From NCBI GenBank assembly GCA_026414385.1, contig JAOAJC010000003.1, positions 1 through 56,392 of the forward strand: a DNA stretch of 56,392 bases, read 5' to 3'. A program made the position numbers and the translations under genes. Within the stretch, counting starts at the first letter, position 1, and each line of letters opens with the position of its first letter. The stretch comes from Candidatus Pacearchaeota archaeon (GTDB lineage Archaea; Nanobdellota; Nanobdellia; Pacearchaeales; GW2011-AR1). Shown piece after piece: positions 1 through 8,994 of this stretch. The notes beneath the pieces were generated by a model, which did not search any database, was not told the origin of the DNA, and saw only the letters and a list, made by a program, of their open reading frames with translations.

Positions 1-1104
1 GCTGGATGGTATTATGCATCAAATGACTATTATTGGCAGGGTAGTTATTATAATTGGGCTAATCTTTTAAAGAGATTTCCAACTGTAGAGGGGTCTATAA
101 CTGACATAGCAAACTATGATGTTTCACCAGGCTATGCATTAACTACTGTTAGTAATGGATTGAACATGATTTATTGGGGTGGACCAACTAGGGGATGGAG
201 ACAGACACCTTCAAGCGTTCCTGGAGTAAAGCTATTAGGATTTAGTGCTATACCTGGAAATTTAAGTGCTGCAGTTAAAAATGGAAAGATGTTGTTGTTA
301 TCAACACATCCGGAAGCTTATGAAAATGATGGCATAGTTGGATTGTCGACAGAACAAAGAATAGAGAACTATAAGTGGCTTGCTAATGCGATAAATGATG
401 TTGCTGGAACTAATTTCTATGTTCCTCCATATAAACAATGCATTGACGGCATAGATAACGATGGTGATGGATTTATTGATTATTCATCGGATCCTGGATG
501 TTCATCTGCACTTGATGACAACGAATCTGATAATCCACAATGCAGTGATGGAATAGATAATGATGGAGATAATCTTGTTGACTATCCAAATGATTCTGAC
601 TGCACTTCATTAAGAGATAACAGTGAGTATTATGTTAGCGGACCAATAGAATTGCTAAATGAGAGTTTTGAATCTGGAAGTTTAACTGAATGGACATTAA
701 TAACTGCAAGTGGGGCTAATCCATGGACAAGAGCTACAACAAATCCATATCAGGGAACATATTATGCAGAGGCGATGCCACAATCAACTACAGAACCAGC
801 GAGTGTTATGGAAAAAACAATATCTACCTCTGGGTATGAGAACATAAGGTTCAATTATTACAGAAGGCTTATTGGTTTAGATCCTGCTGATGAATTTAAA
901 GCAAAGTGGTATGATGGTTCAACATGGTATGTTCTTGAAGAGACGGCGAGCAATTCTGCGAATGATGCGAATTATGTATTCAAGAACTTTTCATTACCAT
1001 CAAGTGCAAACAACAATCCTAACTTTAAGATAAGATTTGAGTGCACTGCTGGAGCAGTTAGTGAATTTTGTAGAGTTGATAATGTGAAAATTATTGCCAA
1101 CTAA
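1..1104 (+). CDS. Secreted/surface protein, 5'-truncated by the window edge; two Cys-bracketed DGxDNDGD acidic (Ca-binding-like) repeats plus a C-terminal beta-rich domain
   Basis: Frame 1 is open from nt 1 (AGWYYASNDYYWQG...) into track ORF 160..1104, whose listed start is a TTG. Motifs CIDGIDNDGDGFIDYSSDPGC and CSDGIDNDGDNLVDYPNDSDC. T-rich tract after the stop. Confidence 0.7.
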   Translation, partial: AGWYYASNDYYWQGSYYNWANLLKRFPTVEGSITDIANYDVSPGYALTTVSNGLNMIYWGGPTRGWRQTPSSVPGVKLLGFSAIPGNLSAAVKNGKMLLLSTHPEAYENDGIVGLSTEQRIENYKWLANAINDVAGTNFYVPPYKQCIDGIDNDGDGFIDYSSDPGCSSALDDNESDNPQCSDGIDNDGDNLVDYPNDSDCTSLRDNSEYYVSGPIELLNESFESGSLTEWTLITASGANPWTRATTNPYQGTYYAEAMPQSTTEPASVMEKTISTSGYENIRFNYYRRLIGLDPADEFKAKWYDGSTWYVLEETASNSANDANYVFKNFSLPSSANNNPNFKIRFECTAGAVSEFCRVDNVKIIAN

Positions 1105-1163
1105 ATTTCTATTTTTTTCTTTTTTTTATTTTTAATAAAAATATAGAATTTGTATAGCCTAAA

Positions 1164-2576
1164 TTATCCTTTCATAACTGCAATTGGGATTAATCTTGCG
1201 ACTAAATTACCAATGCCTGCTTCATGCGAAACCCTAACAACCTCATCAACATCTTTATAGGCTTCTGGGGCTTCTTCCAAAATTGCTTTTTTACTAAGGG
1301 TTTCAAGGAGAACATCTTTTTGTTTTAATTCATTTTCAATCTTTTCTATTGTTAATTCTCTTTTTGCTTTTGCTCTGCTTTCAACTCTACCTGCGCCATG
1401 TGCTGTTGAACCGAAACTAACTTCTTCTGCTTTCGTTGTTCCTACTAAAACATAAGATGCTGTTCCCATGCTTCCTGGAATTAGAACAGGTTGTCCTATT
1501 TCCCGATATTTTTCAGGAATTTCTTTTCTACCTGGGCCGAAGCTTCTCGTGGCCCCTTTTCTATGCACGCAAAGAGTCATTTGTTTTCCATTAACTTTAT
1601 GTTCTTCTATTTTTGCGATATTATGACAGACGTCATAAATAAGACTTATCTCGGATTTAGGGAAAAATTTTTTGAAAACGTTTCTTACATAGTGCATTAT
1701 CATTTGCCTATTTGCAAAAGCAAAATTAACTGCGCAATTCATGGCAGAAAGATATTTTTGCCCTAATTCAGAATTAATTGGAGCATTAATTAACTCCCTA
1801 TCTGGAAGATTTGAAAAACCATATTTTTTTTCCATTAACCTTATATAATCGCTTGCTATTTGATGCCCTAAACCTCTGCTTCCACAATGAATCATTATAG
1901 TTATGTTTTCTTTGTCTAATCCAAACTCTTTTGCAATTTTTTCGTCATAGATTTTGTCTATTTTTTCTATTTCAAGAAAATGGTTTCCAGCACCGAGCGT
2001 GCCTAATTGTGGCAATCCACGAGCTATTGCTTTTTGCGAGACATCTTTTGGATTTGCGTTTTTCATTCTCCCATTTTCTTCTGTATGTAATAAATCTTCT
2101 TTTGTCCCCATACCTTTTTCAATAACCCACTCTGCTCCCTTTTTCATAACTTCAATAATTTCTTCTTTTGGGTGTGCATCTCTTCCCATACCAACTCCCG
2201 AAGGAATTGCTCTGAAAATGTCATGTAAAATTTCTTTTCTTTTTTTAAGAAATTCGTTAAGAGGAATGTTTGTTGTTAAAAGACGAACTCCACAATTAAT
2301 ATCATAACCCACTCCACCGGGAGAAATAATGCCTTTTTCTATGTCAAATGCTGCTACTCCCCCAATTGGGAAGCCATAACCTTGGTGTGCATCTGGCAAA
2401 GCAATTGCTTTTTTAACAATACCTTGTAACATTGAAACATTTTGAATTTGTTTTAGAGTATTGTCATTTTTCATATCTTCTAAAAGTTTTTCAGAAGCAT
2501 AAATTGTAACCGGGACTTTCATATTTCCTATTTTTGGAATTTCCCATTCAAAATCAGATATTTTTTTAAGTTCCAT
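1164..2576 (-). CDS. rtcB: RNA-splicing ligase RtcB (3'-phosphate/5'-OH tRNA ligase)
   Basis: Full-length match to the RtcB family by eye (GYDINCGVRLL, HCGSRGLGHQ, GSMGTASYVL, STAHGAGR). Track start 2588 is TTG; the first in-frame ATG is at 2576 (MELKKISDFEW), 1 nt after the archease stop. Confidence 0.96.
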   Translation of the reverse strand: MELKKISDFEWEIPKIGNMKVPVTIYASEKLLEDMKNDNTLKQIQNVSMLQGIVKKAIALPDAHQGYGFPIGGVAAFDIEKGIISPGGVGYDINCGVRLLTTNIPLNEFLKKRKEILHDIFRAIPSGVGMGRDAHPKEEIIEVMKKGAEWVIEKGMGTKEDLLHTEENGRMKNANPKDVSQKAIARGLPQLGTLGAGNHFLEIEKIDKIYDEKIAKEFGLDKENITIMIHCGSRGLGHQIASDYIRLMEKKYGFSNLPDRELINAPINSELGQKYLSAMNCAVNFAFANRQMIMHYVRNVFKKFFPKSEISLIYDVCHNIAKIEEHKVNGKQMTLCVHRKGATRSFGPGRKEIPEKYREIGQPVLIPGSMGTASYVLVGTTKAEEVSFGSTAHGAGRVESRAKAKRELTIEKIENELKQKDVLLETLSKKAILEEAPEAYKDVDEVVRVSHEAGIGNLVARLIPIAVMKG

Positions 2577-2577
2577 A

Positions 2578-3006
2578 TTAAACGTCAATTACAAATTCTA
2601 TAATAAATTTTTTGTTTTCTTTTTTAATAAGCATTTCGTTATATGTTATTGCCTTAACATCGTTAGTAAATAAGTAATTAGAAGCTTTATCACCGATAAT
2701 GGTTGCTTTCAATAAGAATTTATTTTTTAATTTTGCAATCTCTATTTTTTTAATTTTTGAGATTATGAAATCTTTTGCGTCCAACAAATACAAAAATTGT
2801 TCTAAAAATTCATATAATAAAGATTGTTCGTCTTCTGATTTTATTAATATGTTTTTTTGAATTTTTGGTTTGATTTTTATCTCGGTTATTACTTCTTTTA
2901 ATGCGAGCGCACAATTCTTAAATGCGTTTTCAAGAGAAGAACCATATGCCCTTATTTTGACATCAGCAGTGTGTGGCAAAAATTCAAATGACGGACTCTT
3001 TTTCAT
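2578..3006 (-). CDS. Archease (RtcB activator)
   Basis: 142 aa with FEFLPHTADVKIRAYGSSLENAF, a typical archease N-terminus. Lies immediately upstream of rtcB on the same strand. Confidence 0.9.
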   Translation of the reverse strand: MKKSPSFEFLPHTADVKIRAYGSSLENAFKNCALALKEVITEIKIKPKIQKNILIKSEDEQSLLYEFLEQFLYLLDAKDFIISKIKKIEIAKLKNKFLLKATIIGDKASNYLFTNDVKAITYNEMLIKKENKKFIIEFVIDV

Positions 3007-3027
3007 TTAACTATAAGTTTTGATAGG

Positions 3028-3035
3028 TTTATAAA
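3028..3035. promoter_or_regulatory. Palindromic TATA box TTTATAAA shared by the divergent archease-rtcB operon and the metzincin gene
   Basis: The octamer starts 29 nt from ATG 3057 on the + strand. Its reverse complement is the identical sequence and starts 29 nt from ATG 3006 on the - strand. Confidence 0.6.
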
Positions 3036-3056
3036 TAAATTTGTTTTTGTTGTCAG

Positions 3057-3998
3057 ATGAAAAGAGCAATTGAAATTTTATCATTGATTATTTTATTAAT
3101 CGTATTTAGTTTTAGCATTTATGTTTTATGGTTGAATTTGTATGATGGAAAAGCAAAATATTCTGAATTTTCAACTAATGAATCTTTTAAGAATTTTAGT
3201 TATTTGAGCAATGTGAGTTATCAGTTTTATCCAAACATGAGGTATAGGAGCAATGAGATAAGTTATTTAATTGATAATTTGTGCACTGAAAAGAAAAAAG
3301 AAAGTGTTATGAGGGCATTTGAAATATTAAGCGAAAAGACGATATTAAGGTTTTATCCTGGAAAAGACAAGGGAGAAATAATCGTGCTTTGTTCAAATAT
3401 TTCAAATGGTAAATTGGATAAAGAAAGGCATTTTATTGCTGGGGAGGGTGGGGCTAGTGAGATTATAAACGCAACTGTTTTTGCGATAATAACTGAGGGA
3501 AAAATTTCTCTTTATAGAGAGGAGAGGTGCGAAAAACCAAAAGTTGCGATACATGAGATATTTCATGCATTAGGATTTGAACATAATAACAATACTTTAA
3601 GCATATTATATCCTGTTAGTGATTGTGAGCAAGAGATTGACGATTATTTAGTTGAGGAAATAAATAGGTTGTATTCTATTAAGAGCGAGCCAGATTTAGT
3701 TATTGAGAGCATAAGTGCAAATAGGACTGGAATTTATCTTAATTATGTTATAAAAATAGCAAATTATGGGTTGAGAGAAAGCAAAAACGCAACATTAAAG
3801 GTGTTTAGTGGTGATAAAATGATAACTAATTATGACTTGGCGGAGGTAGGGCTAGGTATGAAAAGAATAATAACTGCGCAAAACATTAAATTAGGGAAGA
3901 GTTATAAAAAAATAGAGTTTGTCATAGAACCAGGCAAAAACGAATCAGATTTAGACATTACAAATAACAAAGCTGAGATTTTTAGTATAGATAGTTGA
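3057..3998 (+). CDS. Membrane-anchored extracellular zinc metalloprotease (metzincin) with a C-terminal CARDB-like domain
   Basis: N-terminal TM segment (ILSLIILLIVFSFSIYVLWL), HEIFHALGFEH (HExxHxxGxxH), and a C-terminal PDLVIES...ANYG...DITNN pattern. Confidence 0.8.
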   Translation: MKRAIEILSLIILLIVFSFSIYVLWLNLYDGKAKYSEFSTNESFKNFSYLSNVSYQFYPNMRYRSNEISYLIDNLCTEKKKESVMRAFEILSEKTILRFYPGKDKGEIIVLCSNISNGKLDKERHFIAGEGGASEIINATVFAIITEGKISLYREERCEKPKVAIHEIFHALGFEHNNNTLSILYPVSDCEQEIDDYLVEEINRLYSIKSEPDLVIESISANRTGIYLNYVIKIANYGLRESKNATLKVFSGDKMITNYDLAEVGLGMKRIITAQNIKLGKSYKKIEFVIEPGKNESDLDITNNKAEIFSIDS

Positions 3999-4079
3999 GA
4001 GTATGGAAGAGATAACAAAATAACATTTAAATATTGTTTAATATACATTTATCTATATTAAAGTGATAAAAGAGGTAAT

Positions 4080-4580
4080 ATGGTAGAAAAAGATCAAATA
4101 ATAAAAGAGAAATTGGATTATTCTGGGTTGTTTGATTTTGCAGCATTTTATAAATATATGCATGATTGGTTTAAAGACGAACAATATGGAGTTATTGAGG
4201 AAAAATATTCTGAAAAGATTAGTGGAAATGCGAGAGATATTGGGATAGAATGGAAGGCGATGAAAAATATTTCAGATTATTTCAGGATAGAACATGGCAT
4301 TAAAATCGATGTTTCTGGACTAACGGAAGTTGAAGTAGAAATCGATGGAAAGAAAAAGAAAATGAACAAAGGTAAAATCGCAATCGAGATAAAAGGCATA
4401 TTAGTAAAAGATTATGAAAATAAGTGGGATGCTCAACCATTTTTAAGATTTTTAAGAGATGTTTATAATAAGTATGTAATAAGAGCAAGAATAGACGCAT
4501 TGGAAGGAAAGGTTGTTGCTGATGTAAGGACTTGGAAAGATGTAATGAAAGCATATCTTGAATTAACTGGAAAAAGATAA
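4080..4580 (+). CDS. Hypothetical protein, 166 aa
   Basis: Clean ATG ORF preceded by AAGAGGT (SD-like) about 5 nt upstream. No family recognised. Confidence 0.6.
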   Translation: MVEKDQIIKEKLDYSGLFDFAAFYKYMHDWFKDEQYGVIEEKYSEKISGNARDIGIEWKAMKNISDYFRIEHGIKIDVSGLTEVEVEIDGKKKKMNKGKIAIEIKGILVKDYENKWDAQPFLRFLRDVYNKYVIRARIDALEGKVVADVRTWKDVMKAYLELTGKR

Positions 4581-4653
4581 GTAAAATCAAAATAATTTCC
4601 TATTATTTGAATTTTTATTCTATTTAAAATAAAAATAAACCATGATATAAATA

Positions 4654-4661
4654 TTTATATA
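4654..4661 (+). promoter_or_regulatory. TATA box TTTATATA
   Basis: Starts 29 nt upstream of ATG 4683. Confidence 0.5.
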
Positions 4662-4682
4662 TCTAAAAAAATTTTGTCAAGA

Positions 4683-6056
4683 ATGGGAAAAATAAAACTA
4701 TTGATTTTTGTTGCAGTTTTTGTAATTTTATTTAACTATTCGTTTGTTTCTGCAAGTTTTAGCGTTGAGAAAAAAGAAAAGGGTAATGTGATTATTTCTG
4801 AAATGGATAATCCTGCAATTTATGAATTTAACATTACTAATCATGCAAAGTCATCTGAAAATGCAGAGATATATTCTCTTGTTGGATTGTCGTTTTTGCC
4901 ACGCGGACAATTTGAACTTTATCCTGGTGAGAATGTAATTGAGGTTAAAGCTTATCCGAGCGATGAACAAAGAACAAAGACAGGGTTAATTGCTTTTGAT
5001 TACGAGATAAAAGGAAGTGTTTCTGGCATATACAAAGATAGATTATTAATCAAAATTGTTCCATTAAAAGATGCATTGTGGGTTGGTGCTGAAGAAATTG
5101 CTTATGGCGATAGGGAAGCAACAATTATTATAAAAAATAGAGAAAATACTCATATAAACAATTTAGATATTCATTTTAGTTCAGAGTTTTTTGAGGGTTC
5201 AAAGACATTATCATTTAAACCATTTGAGGAAAAAAGAATTTCTGCAACAATAAATAAAAATGTAAATAAACTCGGTTCTGGTTCGTATGTTGTAAAGGCG
5301 GAGATTAAATTGAAAAAAGCAAGTGTTATATTGAGCGGGGTGGTAAATTATGTTGAGAAAAGAAGTATTGTTGAGAATAGGGAAACTAATGGGTTGTTAA
5401 TAAGAACAACATCTATTGAACATAAGAATGAAGGAAATGCAATAATAAGTGATAGAATAAAAGAAAAAAGAAATGTGCTAACAAGATTATTTACAACAAG
5501 TTCTATTGAACCAATAAAAACGGAGAGAATTGGATTGTTTGTATATTATGATTGGCAAAAAGAACTAAAACCGGGGGAATCTTGGAAAGTTGAATTAAAA
5601 ACAAATTATACACTACCATTTTTATTAGTAATTACGATAGCTATTATTGTATGGCTTGGTTATATTTACTCAAGAACAAGTTTGGAAATAAGAAAAAGAG
5701 TTTCTTTTGTTAGAACAAAGGGTGGACAGTTTGCATTGAAAGTATTTGTAAATCTAAAAGCAAGAAAAACAATAGAAAATGTTCATTTAGTTGATAGAAT
5801 ACCAAGCGCAATGAAATTGTATGAGGGATATGGGAGCAAACCGCATCAAGTTGATGTGAATGGGAGAAGATTGCTTTGGAATATTGATAAATTGAATGCC
5901 GGCGAAGAAAGAGTATTCTCATACATTATTTATTCTAATGTAGGGGTTGTTGGTAGATTTGAAGCACCTTTAGCAACAGCAACATTTACAAGAAATGGCA
6001 AGCAAGAAATGGTTCATTCCAATAGGGCTTTTTTTGTTTCTGACACACAAGGCTAA
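4683..6056 (+). CDS. Single-pass membrane protein: signal peptide, large ectodomain, TM segment, C-terminal ~120-aa beta-rich domain
   Basis: Track start 4674 is TTG. ATG 4683 has a TATA box at -29. Signal-like MGKIKLLIFVAVFVILFNYSFVSA; TM segment LPFLLVITIAIIVWLGYIY. Confidence 0.75.
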   Translation: MGKIKLLIFVAVFVILFNYSFVSASFSVEKKEKGNVIISEMDNPAIYEFNITNHAKSSENAEIYSLVGLSFLPRGQFELYPGENVIEVKAYPSDEQRTKTGLIAFDYEIKGSVSGIYKDRLLIKIVPLKDALWVGAEEIAYGDREATIIIKNRENTHINNLDIHFSSEFFEGSKTLSFKPFEEKRISATINKNVNKLGSGSYVVKAEIKLKKASVILSGVVNYVEKRSIVENRETNGLLIRTTSIEHKNEGNAIISDRIKEKRNVLTRLFTTSSIEPIKTERIGLFVYYDWQKELKPGESWKVELKTNYTLPFLLVITIAIIVWLGYIYSRTSLEIRKRVSFVRTKGGQFALKVFVNLKARKTIENVHLVDRIPSAMKLYEGYGSKPHQVDVNGRRLLWNIDKLNAGEERVFSYIIYSNVGVVGRFEAPLATATFTRNGKQEMVHSNRAFFVSDTQG

Positions 6057-6130
6057 TATAAACTAAATTTTTTCAAAATTGATGGATGCAGAAGTTTTAA
6101 AAGGTTTATTTAAGTTAAATTTTTGAGCAG

Positions 6131-6285
6131 CCCCCCATAGCTCAGTGGTTAGAGCGTCCGGCTGTAGACGATTGTCTAGCGCGGATATTCTCGTAATGAG
6201 AAAATAAATGAAGCGTGAGAGGATTTAAGCGATAACGCTTAAAGCAGAACCCGGAAGATCCCCAGTTCGATTCTGGGTGGGGGGA
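6131..6285 (+). tRNA. tRNA-Tyr (GUA) with an ~82-nt intron (about 6168-6249) at the canonical 37/38 position
   Basis: Acceptor stem CCCCCCA/TGGGGGG with discriminator A. D arm GCTC-AGTGGTTA-GAGC. Anticodon stem TCCGG(6157-61)/CCGGA(6251-55). Loop CTGTAG with GTA at 6164-6166. T arm CCCAG-TTCGATT-CTGGG. No encoded CCA. Confidence 0.9.
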
Positions 6286-6405
6286 TTTCTATATAAACAT
6301 TAGAATAATCTCTTATATTTTATCAACAAGAAAACCGATAATGGAAAAATTTATTAATTAGTTTTCATAAAATATATTTTAGATTATATATGTTGAAATA
6401 AGAAA

Positions 6406-6621
6406 ATGATAACAAAGAAAATCGCATTGACAATAATTATGTGGTTATCATTTGCAGGAATTTTATTTTCTGGATATATGAGCTATAAAGAGATTTTTGG
6501 GAATATTTGCAATTTATATGTGTGTAGCACAATTGCAAATATGCCTGTTTGTGTTTATGGATTTATAATGTTTGTTACTTTATTTATTGTTTCAATTGTA
6601 GGATTAAGAGCGAAAAGATAA
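6406..6621 (+). CDS. Small two-TM cysteine-containing membrane protein (resembles the N-terminal half of VKOR-family proteins)
   Basis: 71 aa with two hydrophobic helices flanking a loop with C-x5-C, then MPVCVYG. The VKOR resemblance is from memory only. Confidence 0.5.
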   Translation: MITKKIALTIIMWLSFAGILFSGYMSYKEIFGNICNLYVCSTIANMPVCVYGFIMFVTLFIVSIVGLRAKR

Positions 6622-6739
6622 ATAAAAATTAAGCAGGGTTTAAAGATAGTAATTTGTTTAGCATTTTTTAAGTTTGATTAAAATGCGAAAGTTTTAAAAA
6701 TATATTATATCTGTCAAACTAAATAAATAAAAAAGAAAG

Positions 6740-6862
6740 ATGGCAAAGAAAAAGAAAATGGAAGAAGAGGAATTTGATGAAGAGGACTTAGAAGAGGACG
6801 AAGACACGGAAGAAGAGGAAGAAGACATGGAAGAAGACGAATCTTCTGATGAAGATTATTAA
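6740..6862 (+). CDS. Candidate 40-aa hyper-acidic micro-protein (MAKKKKMEEEEFDEEDLEEDEDTEEEEEDMEEDESSDEDY)
   Basis: ATG-to-TAA ORF below the track cutoff, in an otherwise empty 296-bp spacer. 26 of 40 residues are D/E. A promoter-like GAAAGTTTTAAAAA lies at 6687-6700. Confidence 0.4.
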   Translation: MAKKKKMEEEEFDEEDLEEDEDTEEEEEDMEEDESSDEDY

Positions 6863-6917
6863 AAATCAAATTTTAGATTTAACAAAGTTTGTTCTTTATT
6901 TTTTATATTTTTTAAAA

Positions 6918-8525
6918 TTAGACAATTATTGCACGTGTTAGTTTGTCTTTATCTTTTTCGTAATCTGCAATTAATCCTTCTGTCGTTAAAACTATTGCTG
7001 CAATAGATGCTGCTGATTGAACTGCATTTCTTACAACTTTTGTTGAATCTATAACTCCTGATTGAGCAAGGTCTTCATATTTGTCAGTTTTTGCGTTATA
7101 GCCAAAATTATAACCTTTACCCTTTATATTTGCTAAAACTTCGGAACTATCTTTCCCAGCATTTGTTGCTAATTGTTTTATTGGGCCTTCTAACGCTTTT
7201 TTTAATATTCTTACTCCGATCATCTGTTCTTCTGGCAATTTTAAAGAATCTAATTCTTTTGAGGCATGTAATAAAGTTATACCCCCGCCAACAACTACTC
7301 CTTCTTCAATAGCGGCTTTTGTTGCATGAAGAGCATCATCAATTCTTAATTTCTTTTCTTTAATTTCTGTTTCTGTTGCTGCTCCCACATATAAAACCGC
7401 AACTCCACCGCTTAATTTAGCCAATCTTTTTCTTAAATCTTCTTTTTTGTATTCTGATTCTTCAGTTTTAATTTTATTTTCTATTGCTTTTATTCTCTTT
7501 TCTATTTCTTTTTTACTTCCTTTTCCTTCTATTATAACTGTTTCATCTTTTGTAACTTTTATTTTTGAAGCACGTCCTAAGTTTTCTAATGTAATCTCTT
7601 CTAATTTATCGTCTTTATCTTTTGAAATTAAAGTTCCGCCTGTTAAGATTGCAATGTCTTCTAAAATTTCCTTTTTCTCATCACCGAAACCAGGAGCTTT
7701 AACTGCACAAACTTTTATTACTCCCCTTAGTAGATTAAGCACTATCATTGTTAGCGCTTCTCCCTCTACATCGTCTGCGATAATAAGCAATGGCTTTCCT
7801 TCATGATTAGCTATCTCAAGTGAAGGAGCTATTTCTTTTATAGTTGAGATTGTTTTATCAGTAATTAAGATTAAAGGTTCTCCATAAGAAACTTCCATTT
7901 TTTCAGAATCTATTACCATGTAAGGGGAAATATAACCCTTGTCAAATTGCATACCTTCAACCAAATCAAGATAAGTTTCTATTGATTTTGATTCTTCTAC
8001 TGTTATTACTCCTTTGTTTCCAACTTTTTCCATTGCGTCTGCGATAATGTTCCCTATTTTTTCATCATTGTTTGCTGCAATGGATGCCACTTGTGCTATT
8101 TTTTTCTTTTCTGTTATTGGTTCTGATTTTTTCTTTAGATAATCTAATACAAATTCTGTTGCTAATTCTATTCCTTTTTTGATTTCTATCGGGTTTGCTC
8201 CTGCTGCAATGTTTTTTATACCTTCATTTAAAATTAATTGAGCTAATATAGTTGCTGTAGTTGTTCCGTCCCCGGCTTTGTCTTGAGTTTCGGAAGCAAC
8301 TTCTTTTATCAATTTTGCCCCAATATTTTCAAATTTGTCTTTAAGCTCAATTTCTTTTGCGATTGTAACTCCGTCATTACTTATTAGAGGAGAGGTAGAT
8401 CTATCTAAAATAATTGTTCTTCCTTGTGGGCCAAGAGTTACTTTTATTGTATCTGCAACTTTATTGATTCCTCTAAGTAATGCTTGTCTTGCCTCTTCAT
8501 TTAATATTATTTGTTTGCTTGTCAT
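6918..8525 (-). CDS. groL: Group I chaperonin GroEL (Cpn60)
   Basis: 535 aa with [13 protein letters not shown] and an overall GroEL pattern. Its ATG overlaps the groES stop (ATGA). Confidence 0.96.
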   Translation of the reverse strand: MTSKQIILNEEARQALLRGINKVADTIKVTLGPQGRTIILDRSTSPLISNDGVTIAKEIELKDKFENIGAKLIKEVASETQDKAGDGTTTATILAQLILNEGIKNIAAGANPIEIKKGIELATEFVLDYLKKKSEPITEKKKIAQVASIAANNDEKIGNIIADAMEKVGNKGVITVEESKSIETYLDLVEGMQFDKGYISPYMVIDSEKMEVSYGEPLILITDKTISTIKEIAPSLEIANHEGKPLLIIADDVEGEALTMIVLNLLRGVIKVCAVKAPGFGDEKKEILEDIAILTGGTLISKDKDDKLEEITLENLGRASKIKVTKDETVIIEGKGSKKEIEKRIKAIENKIKTEESEYKKEDLRKRLAKLSGGVAVLYVGAATETEIKEKKLRIDDALHATKAAIEEGVVVGGGITLLHASKELDSLKLPEEQMIGVRILKKALEGPIKQLATNAGKDSSEVLANIKGKGYNFGYNAKTDKYEDLAQSGVIDSTKVVRNAVQSAASIAAIVLTTEGLIADYEKDKDKLTRAIIV

Positions 8526-8797
8526 TTTTCAATTTTAGCAACAATATCTTTAAAATCAACTATTAAATGCTTTTCGCCATTGATTTCAATTTCTTCATGA
8601 CTATATCCGCCATAAATAACAATGTCTCCTTTTTTTAATGGAATTTCTTTTCCATTTTCAAGCACTCCAACAGAGATAACTTCTCCTTCTTTTTTTTCTG
8701 TTGATGATTTTGGAATAATTAATCCTGATTTTGTTTTCTCTTCTTTTGTTTTAATTTGTTTCAACAAAACTCTTTCTCCTAAAGGGGTGATATTCAT
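8522..8797 (-). CDS. groS: Co-chaperonin GroES (Cpn10)
   Basis: 91 aa: [13 protein letters not shown]...GLIIP...GEVISVG...GDIVIYG. Confidence 0.93.
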   Translation of the reverse strand: MNITPLGERVLLKQIKTKEEKTKSGLIIPKSSTEKKEGEVISVGVLENGKEIPLKKGDIVIYGGYSHEEIEINGEKHLIVDFKDIVAKIEK

Positions 8798-8964
8798 TTT
8801 GAATTTTAAAATAGATTTAATTATTATTTTTTTCTTAATAAGTTATATTTAAATTTTTCGTTTAAAAGTTGTAGGATTATAAAATTTTTATTGTATGTAT
8901 AAACCCAATAGAAATTAACAGAAAGGGTGAGGATTGGAATATATCATATTAAAATATAACAATT

Positions 8965-8972
8965 CTTAAAAA
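8965..8972 (+). promoter_or_regulatory. TATA-like box CTTAAAAA
   Basis: Starts 30 nt upstream of thermosome ATG 8995. The same octamer lies 29 nt upstream of gltX ATG 26343. Confidence 0.45.
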
Positions 8973-8994
8973 AACAATTTTTTGAGTAATATGT

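Noticed and set aside
1491-2307. Track ORFs 1491..1766, 1931..2125 and 1954..2307 on the + strand
   Set aside because: They lie entirely antisense within the unambiguous rtcB gene. They have F/L/S/I-rich low-complexity translations typical of the reverse strand of AT-rich coding DNA.
6168-6249. Possible C/D-box sRNA inside the tRNA-Tyr intron, by analogy with archaeal tRNA-Trp introns
   Set aside because: The best C-box-like strings (AATGAGA, ATGAAGC) each have two or more mismatches to RUGAUGA. There is no CUGA D box anywhere in the intron.
6918-8797. groES-groEL as evidence that the contig is bacterial or a chimera
   Set aside because: Everything around it is archaeal: thermosome, intron-containing tRNAs, L35Ae/L10e. 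Composition and codon style match the neighbours. Only read mapping could fully exclude a chimera.
7091-8852. Track ORFs 7091..7312, 7447..7806, 8335..8538 and 8622..8852 on the + strand
   Set aside because: They are antisense to groEL/groES and have no independent promoter spacing or recognisable motifs.
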